Part shown: piece by piece, positions 12,251 to 22,849 of the stretch
How positions within the stretch are numbered: the stretch's first letter is position 1
Layout of the letters: every line of letters starts with the position of its first letter
Source: Chiloscyllium plagiosum
Taxonomy: Eukaryota
Direction of reading: 5' to 3'
Assembly (NCBI RefSeq): GCF_004010195.1
Contig: NC_057719.1
Location: forward strand, 71,874,055 to 71,938,054
Length of the DNA stretch: 64,000 nucleotides
Position numbers and translations under genes: made by a program
Notes under the pieces: model-generated
What the model saw: the letters and a program-made list of their open reading frames with translations, nothing else
Told to the model about the DNA's origin: nothing
Databases searched by the model: none

Positions 12251-13068
12251 TGAGAAAGTGAGCAGTGCAGATGCTGGAGCTCAGAGTCAAAAAGTGTGGC
12301 ACTGGAAAAGCACAGCAGGTCAGGCAACATCCGAGGAACAGGAGAATCGAGGTTTTGTCCCTTCTTCCGGAATTTGTTGGGGGATGGGGGCTGATGGATA
12401 ATTAGGAGAGTGGCGGTGGGGCTGGGAGGAAGGTAGCTAAGAAGGCAATAGATAGATGCAGGTGGGGGGTGATTCTGATAGGTCGGTTGGGAGGGTGTAG
12501 CGGATAGGTGGCAAGGAAGATGGATAGGTCAAGAGGGCGATGCCGAGTTGGAGGGTTGGATCAGGGATGAGGTGCGGGGACGGGAGATTCAGAAACGAGT
12601 GAAGTTGATGTTGAAGGGTCCCAGTGCAGAAGATGAGGTGTTCTTCCTTCAGTTGTTGGGTGACTTGGATTTGGCGGTGGAGGAGGCCCAGGACTTGCAT
12701 GTCCTTGACAAAGTGGAAGGGAGAGTTGAAGTGGTCGGCCAAAGGGCAGTGGGGTTGTTTGGTGCCTGTGTCCCAGAGATGTTCCTTGAAAAATTCCGCT
12801 AGTTGGCATCCTGTCTCTTTAAAGTTGTCCCGATGGACACCACATTGAGAGCAATGGACACAGTAGATAAGGTGTTTGCGTGTGCAGGAAAATCTCTGCC
12901 AGACGTGGAAGGGTCCTTTGGGGCCTTGGATGGAGGTGAGGTGAGAGGTGTGGGTGCAAGTTTTACACCTCTGCAGTAGTAAGGGAAGGTGTCGGAAATG
13001 GAGGGTGGGTTGGTGTGGGACGTGGACATAATGAGGGAGTCACGGAGGGAATGGTCTCTGCTGAACAA
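12251..13068 (-). mobile_element. Tandem 5'-truncated PLE copy (pseudo-LTR): endonuclease end, 3' region and degenerate hammerhead terminus
   Basis: 12500-12830 repeats 9620-9960 in the same orientation; terminal repeat at 12251-12372. Confidence 0.88.
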
Positions 13069-13640
13069 TGAATAATAAGCCCATTTAACTGAATAACTCT
13101 TACATATGACAAATCAAGAAGTTAAACACATTTATTATCTTTTACCTATTACTAACATTTTTTGATACAAATGTTTTCCACAATTTCCACAAATATAAAA
13201 TTAGTGTTGTCCTTTGTTATAGACACAACTCAGCTATACTTGTGAACTTAATGCATGTTTTAAAACTTAGTTAAGTCTCTTTCAAATATATTAAAATTTT
13301 TCAGGTGTTTGCATGGAGAATAATAGTGCAAATATGATTTCTTTTTTCTTCAGTTCAATGATTTCTAATTAATTATATTCTTCAGGCACTTAAACAGAAC
13401 ACCCATTTGGAGAAACAGGGAATCACAGACTTCTGCTTCTGGATTTTTGTGTTCAACTGCACATGTGCAAAATCCAGAAGTTGTTGCTACTTTCAGAGAA
13501 GTTACGTTGATAAATATTCACAAATACTGCAAAATCTGGGCAATAACTTGTTCATAAAGAGCTCATGTTAGATATGGTGGATATGAAGTCCAGGATTCTG
13601 TGCAGGAAGTGCTGGAAAGCTAAGTTCAGGAGGAACTAAC

Positions 13641-13725
13641 ACCTGAAGAAGAGTCACTGGACCACTCTGCTTTCTCTACACAAATGCTGCCAGATCTGCT
13701 GAGCTTTTCCAGCAATTTCTGTTTG
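13641..13725 (+). mobile_element. PLE-type terminal fragment (family 3) with truncated hammerhead core
   Basis: cctgaagaagagtcactggac...gctgccagatctgctgagcttttccagcaatttctgttt; related to 20175-20385. Confidence 0.7.
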
Positions 13726-14804
13726 GGAAACTAATTCCTTCCCACCCTGTAATGAGAAAACTCACTCGTTCAATTAGGTACAAAAGTGCTATCCGGTGAG
13801 ATTCTCATCCCATCAGAGGCCATGTTACTGAAGTCCAATCCCACATGAAGCTACAGGCCAATCAGATGCCAGCAATCTCAGGCATGGAGAGTATCTCTAA
13901 AGGTTTATACACAGCAACCATGAGAAGGTACACCATTGAGTAGGTAAGTGGTGTTTCAGGGGGGCATTGTAGGTTTGGATGCAAGGAATGGGGTGTGGAT
14001 TTCAATAAACACCAAGCTAGGACAATTTAAGAACACGCACCTTTAAAGCTATCTAATAAGTCACCCTGTTAGGAACCCTGCTAGGAAAAGCAAGTGTTAT
14101 GTTTCTCAGTTAGTGTATCGGTATAACTTTAAGAGACATATTCATCACTTTGTCATAGCATGTGACCTGAGGGTATAGGGATCTCAGATGCCATCTTAAT
14201 CTGGATAATTTGAGGTATGACACTGTGATGGAAGTAAGCTATGTTTTGTAATCAAATAGCTTAATGTTGCAAAGACACTGAAGTGTCTGGGAATATAATA
14301 TTTATACATATAAGTGAGCCACAATGAACACCTGTTGGGTCTTTAAATACCATGTTCCCCACATCCAGATGTTTGTGTTACAAGGCTTGAACATTGCTGC
14401 ATCAGATAAAGATACAGTACTGGAGACAGAATGCACATCAACTGATGATGAACCGGCGATGAAATGAAGTAGCCATGAATTCACCACTTATTTGGTCTCT
14501 GCTTGAGAAAATTGTTCGTGGAACATCTCACTCAGAACATAATTGCTGAAGTGATGAGAATGGGACAAGTATTTCTCCAAGATTTACTCCCCTAATTATT
14601 TGCGCTGTTTGTCACATGACCTACCAAGGAGGGTAGAATTGCATCCCATGAAACTATTTTCACCAGCAAGAAGTCAGGAACCAGAGGGTTCTGATTTAAG
14701 ATAATTTTTAAAATAACCACTGAGCAGATGAGACCAAAGGTATTTAGAAATGATTAGTTTCGATCTGGATAACATTTCTTTAGAAAGTGTAAAATACTGT
14801 ATGA

Positions 14805-14960
14805 CCGTAAGACAATATGAAATAGGAACTGGTGTATGTTATTTGGCTCCTCGAGTCTGCTCTGTCATTCAATTGGATTATGGCTGATCTGACAGTTCTC
14901 ACATTTGCTTTTCTATCCTTTCCCTGCAAGTCTTGATTTCCCCTACTCTTCAAGAATATA
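14805..14960 (-). mobile_element. CR1-group LINE tail fragment
   Basis: ataggaactggtgtatg...gattatggctgatctg; same tail family as 3598. Confidence 0.6.
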
Positions 14961-15119
14961 TGTGAATGTGTGAAATATGGACAGTAAGATTGGTCAGTTA
15001 CAGGTGCAGATTGCCATGTGAAAAAATAATGTTGTTAGTCTAGCAGAGATCTGACACAAGGAAGGGAAGAACTCGGTGTAGAATATTCACAGTTATAAAG
15101 TGTGCGGAGAAGATAGGAA

Positions 15120-15745
15120 AGTAAAAAATGGAGGGATGGCAGTATGGCTAAGAAAAGCATTGCAACGATGTAGAAAGAAGATGGTCCCAAGGATTCAAGG
15201 ACAGAGTTGATTTGGCTAGGATTCAGGAACAAGAAATGTGCAATTATTTGATGAAGTCTACAGACCACCAAAGATGCAGAGGAACCAACCTGCAAGGAAA
15301 TTACGAAAAGGTGCAAGCATCATAGAGTAGTTTTAATAGAGGACTCAGTGGCTCAGTGGTTAGCACTGCTGCCTCACAGCACCAGGGTCCCAGGTTCGAT
15401 TCCAGCCTCGGGCGGCTGTCTGTGTGGAGTTTGCACATTCTCCCTGTGTCTGCGTGGGTTTACTCTGGGTGCTCCGGTTTCCTCCCACAGTCCAAAGATG
15501 TGCAGGTTAGGTGAATTGGCCACGCTAAATTGCCCATAGTGTTAGGTGCATTAGTCAGAGGGGAAGTGGGTCCGTGTGGGTTACTCTTCGGAGGGTCGGT
15601 GTGGACTGGTTGGGCCGAAGGGCCTGCTTCCACACTGTAGGGAATCTAATCTAAAAATTACCAAAATATAGACCAGCATAGCGGTAATATAAAGAGCAGA
15701 AAGAGGCAAAAGATCCTAGACAACTCGGAAAATATTCTATAGTAG
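15120..15745 (+). mobile_element. Old CR1 APE-endonuclease fragment split by a SINE
   Basis: ELIWLGFRNKK..VYRPP..RVVLIED|SINE|NYQNID, i.e. a decayed GDFN-PNIDW motif. Confidence 0.7.
15345..15653 (+). mobile_element. HE1-type SINE
   Basis: gtggctcagtggttagcac, ggttcgattcc, V core, tail gggccgaagggcctg...aatctaatcta. Confidence 0.92.
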
Positions 15746-15819
15746 TAAATGTCCAATCCTTCAAGAAATGAAGTGGGCCAAATAGACTGAGTATACATTT
15801 CTCAGTGACTGCATCTGGC

Positions 15820-16085
15820 TCAGAATTTCCAACCCCACTCTTCCCCCCCACCCATGTGGATTCCAACTGAAGTTTCATCCTTGTAATTTAAATTCACTCA
15901 GCATCACAAATGTGTCTGATGTACAACACTCCTCAGACAGCTCACTGCCCCTCCCTCTCTGTCCCTCCAGGCATTAAGGATGACATGGAGCCCAGTTATG
16001 CCTGTCTCTTTGTGGGTGTGTAGAACATTTCCTGGTTCTAAACCAATTCTGACCCCCTAGCTACAACTCTCTCTATGCTACATGG
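15820..16085 (+). mobile_element. Old PLE RT fragment
   Basis: atggagcccagttatgcctgtctctttgtgggt = MEPSYACLFVG. Confidence 0.65.
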
Positions 16086-16093
16086 CATATGTA

Positions 16094-16311
16094 CAGGTAG
16101 CTCTTTTATAATGGAATGGTCGCATTCTTGTACAGTCTCGCATTATAGAAAAATTTCACTTTAGAAACAGCATTTAAAGTGTTGGTGATATAATCATGTT
16201 ACAGCCAACACATACTTTAACAGTTCGCACTTTAGAAACAGTATCCCCAATTCATCATCATATTACAGCGAGTTCGCATTAACAGAACGTGTGTTAAAGC
16301 AGAACAACCTG
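16094..16311. mobile_element. Tc1/mariner (Tigger/pogo-like) MITE, 218 bp, TA TSD
   Basis: ta|CAGGTAGCTCT...AGAACAACCTG|ta; imperfect terminal inverted repeats starting CAG. Confidence 0.7.
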
Positions 16312-16334
16312 TACCAATGTTTTCCTAGCTATAA

Positions 16335-16435
16335 TCAGTTCTGAATCAGGTCCCTGGAAATGTTAATTCTCTCCACAGATGCTACCAGACCTGCTGAGTT
16401 TTCCACGCAATTTCTGTTTTGGATTTCCAATATCC
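16335..16435 (+). mobile_element. PLE-type terminal fragment (family 3)
   Basis: cagttctgaatc...gaaatgttaattctctccacagatgctaccagacctgctgag. Confidence 0.65.
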
Positions 16436-16439
16436 ACCT

Positions 16440-18030
16440 TTCTTTATTTTTCTTTGGACAGCAAATGAATATTGGAGAGCATTTATGATACAATGTATCG
16501 TTTGGGTTTGAATGACAGTGGGGAAAAATGTCAAAGTCAAGATTAGAGTGGTGCTGGAAAAGCACAGCAGGTCGGGCAGCATCCATAGAGCAAGAAAATC
16601 GACATTTCAGGCAAAAGGTGCAGGACAAGTACAGCAAGCAGCTAGAAAAACGCACTATATCTTAAGCTTTATTAATAGGGGCATAGAGTACAGGAATGAC
16701 CTCAAAAAATGTCAAATCCAGAGTAAGAATAATTAATTGGGGGAAAGCTGATTTCAATGAGGTATGAACAGAGCTGGGCCAGATAACACTGATGCCAAAT
16801 GTAGTCGAACAATGAGCTAGCATCAAAAATACTCCTTTTCTGAAAATGTAGCAGCTATTGATGTGGTGTACATGGACTTGGGATCTGATACAGTCTTACA
16901 TAACAGACTTGTGAAAAAGCTTTAGTTGATGGAATAAAAGGGGCAGTAGCAAAATAGATACAAAATTGGCTGGCTATTCTTCAGTTTGAAGGAAGGTTTG
17001 TAGTGGCGTTCCCCAGAGATCAAAGGTTGGACCCTTGTTTTATTGATACAGGTTAATGATCTAGATCTGGACATACAGTAGAAAATCCCCAATATTCTCG
17101 ATGATGCAAAACATGTAAAACATTGTCCTCCTCACAATTTGTAACGTGGAACTCCAAAACACAGACAAATTGGTGTAGTGAGCAGATAGATGGTAAATGA
17201 AGTTCCATGTAGTGATACAGACCTAGGTATAACTTAGGTAATACATTTTGGTAAGATATAGTAAAAATCAAAGGATGCTACCCTAATGCTTATGCAGGAG
17301 CAGAGAGACCTGGGTATAAATATGCATAAGTCTCAAAAGGTGCAGGACAAGTACAGCAAGCAGTTAGAAAAATGCACAATATTTTAAACTTTATTAATGG
17401 GGCATGGAGTACAGGAGAAGAAGGTGATGTTGGATTTGTATAAATCATTTTTTAGACTTCAGCTGGTCTGATGCATATGATTCTGGGCACCACATTTTAG
17501 GAAGGTTGTGATTGCAACAGAGGTTCATGAGAATGACTCTGTATAAGAGAAATTTTAGTTTCCATAGATGGGACAGTTTTCCATGGGAAAGAGCAAGCTA
17601 AATCAAGATGATGATTTTCAAAATCATAAGGAAGCTGAGCAGAGTAAATAGGGAGAAACTGTTTCTGCTCTTAAAAGTCGAGATCGTGAGTGTACAGATA
17701 TAAGAATTTGCAAAAGACACAAATATGATGTGAGAAAACACTTTTATTGCAGCGAATAGTTAGGGTCTGGAACTCATTGCCTGGAAGTGTGGTGGAGGCA
17801 AATTCAAATGAGGTATTTGATGCTTATTTAAATGAATGTGTTCAGAGGTAAGCAGAAAAGGCAGGAATTGCATTGAGTGAGGATGCTCATTCAGAGAGCC
17901 AGTGCAAACATGATGGGCAGAACGATTTCCTTCCACATGGTAATACCTCTGCGATTCTGCGGCTCATTGGATAGCTCTTTCAAAGAGCTGGAACAGGCAC
18001 AATGGGCTGAAGAACCTCCTCCTCCTGTGT
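16440..18030 (+). mobile_element. Old, internally deleted CR1 LINE
   Basis: Remnants NWGKADF, AIDVVYMDL, SGVPQ, FWAPHFRK, VWNSLPGSVVEA, followed by a CR1 tail. Confidence 0.8.
16536..16704 (-). mobile_element. Chimeric insertion: PLE terminus plus a copy of local CR1 DNA, 12-bp TSD
   Basis: TSD aaaaatgtcaaa at 16524-16535 and 16705-16716; PLE part 16536-16617; 16612-16695 matches 17334-17416. Confidence 0.8.
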
Positions 18031-20174
18031 TTTCTGATTTGTTTTATATTTATGATTTTGCTTCACATGAAATACTTAAAAGGCAAAGGTAGACAACTTG
18101 AATTGCTCTGTCCTTTTAGAAATTTATTGTATGTTTTGTATTTTATACAAATTTCAAGAACCTTTGATCTTTTCCGCCTTTCAACTTCACATTCAGAACT
18201 GTGAATTAAAAAAACTGCTGATACTCCAATAATTTGATGATATTGTGTAAATTTATGGGTGTAAATCTTATTACAAACTCTGGAAGCAAAATGTGATAAA
18301 ATAATACTTCTCTACCTACTTAAGCAGAACATGACAGCCAGAAGCTGAAACAGATAATTTATGACAAACAGCCTCTCCATAATTAGTAGTGTCCCACAGG
18401 CTAACACAGTCTTCTTAACATTTTATTACATATGTCAAATGATGCTTCAATTAATGTGTTGCAATTTATTTGCTTATACATTGAAAAGAACATTTTACTT
18501 CACAAAATCCACAGCAAATATTTTACAAACATTCACTTTTGGAACTGAATAGTCATCTTTTCAATGCTTCTGGTTCTCTTTACTTGTGATAGTTCATCAA
18601 TACATTGAATCAATTGTACAATTCTCAATCTATTTATTTATGTTAAGTTCAATGCATGGTAAAAAAAAACATGCACCTCTTTGGGTCAAATCTATATTAT
18701 ACAATTGACAAATTATTGTCTCATCTTGCCTAAAAGGTAAATATACAAGTAATACATAGGTCAACATAGCTGCATTAAAGTTAATAGTTTCAATTTTCAA
18801 GGAGTCTCTGACAAAGGAGAGCAAAGTTACTGATCCATTAATCAGTGGCTGAATTATATCCATGTAAACCTATGGCTATGAGATTATTTCTGGGGAATAA
18901 GTTATCCTTTGCCTGCACCTCACTCAATAAGTACAAGCTGTACAAAACAAGTTGCATTTGGAACTATGGGTGTTGGCAACTTAAGTGCATGCAACATTCT
19001 TGTCAGTTCCTGGATAGATAGAGACTGAAAATGTCGGAGTTTTGTTGTGTACTTGTGTTGTCCAATCCAGGTACATGATATGTAAATGGCATGGCAGCCC
19101 AAGCGAGCATAAAAATTTTGTAAGATTCTTGAAGAAAAATGTGAAACTTCGGTTTTTCTTTTGCTCTTTTCTTTTTATTTGATTGCACAATTTACTGTAA
19201 CAAGTGTCACGCTATTTAAATCTGCCTGAAATTTACAATTTCACCATTATGTAAGTCTTTTAATACTTGAGAAACAAGCAGTAATCATTTCGCATTCAAT
19301 ATGAAAAATGTTGGAATTTATCCCAGGATATTATACCACTTCTGACCAACTTTTATTTCTGTTAATAATTTCTGACTTTGCCAGTACTACCACATAAGGA
19401 CCTGCATAAATTTTAACTGAAGAGACAGACAAATTTTGGATTGAACAGTTAACTCCAAAGGTGCATAAGCCAAAAATGTAAGTACCATTTTGACAGTATT
19501 TCCAAAAATATATCATCAGGTTTAGTATATTTTGAACAACTGTATTACTTTGTGAGCGGGACTGACATCTAGTGATAGCTTACAAACATTGAGAAAGAAA
19601 CCATTGAATAATTGATCAATTGGAGCTCTGCACTGGAGACCAGTGTAAAGATTTGTTAAATGTTCCGATCAAGGTAATCTGGAGCTCACAGGAATCCTAC
19701 TCAAAACAGGCTTAAGGTGGACATTGTCATCTACAAAAGCTGAAATTCAAGGAGAAGTCAATAAAATGAAGCCTTCTTATTGGCTTTCATTTTGGCCTTT
19801 TCTCTTTGATGTAAAAATAACTGCTCTTTGGCAACTGTGTGGAAATTAATAATAAAACTGCATGCAAATGATGCAATAGCAATGAAAATAAAATCTCAAA
19901 GCTGGTGGAGAAACATTTGATTTAATGATAACATTGCAAATTCTGTACTTTCTGAATCAAACGGATAAATTCACATATCGAGTATCAATTTGCTTTCGTT
20001 TGATTCGGCCTGCATATTTTTCTTTAAATAAGATCTGTTCTATTTCACATAGTGATAAAGCATCTGGTATCGTTTGCTGTTTCTGTGCTGCTATTTCCAA
20101 CTACAGTTTTAAACCCAAATTGAAGAAGTTGACACAGCACTTTGATTAGGTGTAGAAAGCTCATATCTTACCAT

Positions 20175-20385
20175 AAACATGAACAGAAATTGTTGGAAAA
20201 GCTCAGCAGATCTGGCAGCATCAGTGGAGAGAAATCAGAATTAACCCTGCTCTGAGGAAGGTTCACCGGACCCGAGACGTTAACTCCGATTTCTCTCCAC
20301 AGATGCTGCCAGGCCTGCTGAGCTTTTCCAACAATTTCTGTTTTTGTTTCTGATTTATAGCATCCACAGTTCTTTCGGTTTTTAT
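20175..20385 (+). mobile_element. Fold-back PLE-type terminal insertion (family 3) with hammerhead core in the loop
   Basis: Inverted arms 20181-20245 and 20279-20342; CTGAGGA at 20252; degenerate TSD tcatatcttaccat / tcataacttgccat (20161-20174, 20386-20399). Confidence 0.85.
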
Positions 20386-22849
20386 TCATAACTTGCCATT
20401 ATCGTTTGATATGTATGGTTCAAAGTTTGTGGTGCTGTCAAACTAGTTTGTAAGCACTGCTTAATTGGTCAGCATATCTATAAGACAATTACCTCATGGA
20501 TTCAGCCCTATCACATTCTGTCAATTGCTAGGTGTCCTGAGACCAAGAAGCCCTTATGCAAACATGGTTGAAGATGTAGTCACTATTAAACCATGATGGC
20601 AAGCAGTCTCATTAAAGTATTTAAATAAATGACCCACCTTCTGCCTGAGGCTTCAATTCCTATCCTTCACAGCACTTCCATTAAAACCGGAAATCTTTGA
20701 GGGAGGTTGGACACCTGTTTCAGATTGCTAAAATTTTGACTTGACCTCAACCCATCTATTTCAGCCATTTGTGGATGAAATGGGTGTAATTTTCTCCTCC
20801 CAGGACAGGGCGAAAAGGAGGCATAATTTGACAAGTTGGCTCTGGAGAAATATTTTCCCCTTTGTCATTAGCTCTGTAATTTATTATGGACACGGTGGTC
20901 CACTGTGGACTTTCTCAACGCAACAGCAAACAGAATTTGATTATTGACAACTCCAAACAGTAATCAAGATATCAGTGCATTTTCTCGGTCCCTAAAGAAA
21001 TGGTATCATCCTAAAGTCTCATCTTTTTAGGCTATAAAGGGTGCAGACATGGAGCAATCCCACTTGTAGATCAATAATTACAAGTTCCTCATCATATCTG
21101 GACAATAAGAAGAGACCAGTACCTTGAAGTATAGTTTGAGAATGGGGACTTATTGCTGTTTAGTCAGTGCTTGCAGGTCTTTGACTGGATGGTTGAGCAG
21201 CAAATGTTTATTTAATGGAGAAATCTGCAATTCTCTTAGTAGAGAAACATGAACTAATGTAAACTAAAAATAATGGCATGAAAGACAGACAGGTGTCCTT
21301 ACCTGTAAGGAAGGTAATAGAATACAGTACTTGGAAATATGTAAATGGTAAATACATATCAATTTATCCACTGTATTAGTTTAAGTTGAAGATTTAATTT
21401 ATTTACCTATACTTTCATTGGGCTGAAGCTTACCATATTTTGGCAAACTTCCATTTTCCGCACATTTCATGGAGAGTTATTTTCCACGAGCCCTATTGAG
21501 ATTTTTGTTTCACGTTATTGCCCAGTACTCACCCCACTGACAACCTACCCTGCCCTTATGGCACTCCTTTTGTATGATATTGGCTGGATCCTCCCACCTG
21601 CCACTGTCCAGTGTCCCAGAATAGACCGTCAGCTCTGCCTCCCATGCTGCACTTAAAAGGCTATTGCTCATCTGAACAAGCACTGGCAGCTCAGAGCTGC
21701 CCCTGTAGAGTTTGTGACATTTACCCTGTCACAGCAGAAAAGGGGAAACTGGTGGAAATTATCAGTAATTCTTGACATTTAGTTTCTATCTGGTGCATGA
21801 TAGAATAGGAAATGGCATCTTAGTGAGGTGAAATTAAGCACTAATGATGATAGTAATGAGAGACAATCTATTAATGGGCCTCTTGCTGCTCACTAGCGAG
21901 AATCTTGTCCCAACATCTGAAACCCTTTTGGATGATGTTACTTGTTGCTCCTGTGTTGAGAAAGTTCTCACTCAACTTCTCATTGATGCTCTCAGAGTTC
22001 TCACCATAGTCCATCATATTCAGGGCTTGAGAGGACTCCATTCATTATTTATAAAGCCAGGAGGGAAGCTCAATGCTTACACCTGGCATTGAGAGGACAG
22101 GCTTATACTCTTTGATATCTTTAATGTCAATGCCCCTTGGCATTGTTGTGAGGAGCAGGTTCGGAGAAGTGATGGACTACAATGGAGGAGGATATGAGAT
22201 AAACCGAGGCTGATGTTCAGTGGTAACACCCTCAGCTTCAGAGGACATGTGCCAAATATCCTGGTCACAAGCAACAAACTGTTGCTGATGCAATATTGTC
22301 TGTACCCCTAACAGAATAGCCCATTTTTAGCCACAAGTTAGGATCCCTGATGCAATGAAAATGATCCACACAGCTTTTCCAGAATGAGACCAGCGAATGT
22401 AAGGGAGTTGAAGCAAAACATGAACATATTTGCACTTTACAACACTAGCTACCCTACTCAGTTAAGTTTCAAAGTTCTCAAATCATTTCAGGAGTGAGTG
22501 AGAGTGACTGACTGGGTGATTGAATGAGTTGATAGTGAGTGGGTGTGTCAGTAGGTAACTGGGGGAGTGAATGATTGAAGAAATGGGTAAATGGTTGGAA
22601 GGAAGGCAATTTTTGATTAGAATAGAAGTTCCTTCAAAACAAGGGAATTGACAAGATTGCCTTGATTAAAAGTGTACTTTTGAGCTGCATACAAAGCCAG
22701 TATGGTGTACTATAGAAGCTGAAAGAATATTTTGTTGGTGTACATAGTTTTCATAACAGCAAATGTAAGATTCTTGTTCTTAAATAAACACTAACTTTAC
22801 ATTTGCATTGACACAAAGTTTGGGGCAATCTAAAGCTTTTAAAATGGAA

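Noticed and set aside
13437..13480. 12-bp inverted repeat cttctggatttt / aaaatccagaag
   Set aside because: Probably part of an unclassified interspersed repeat; no evidence for an RNA gene.
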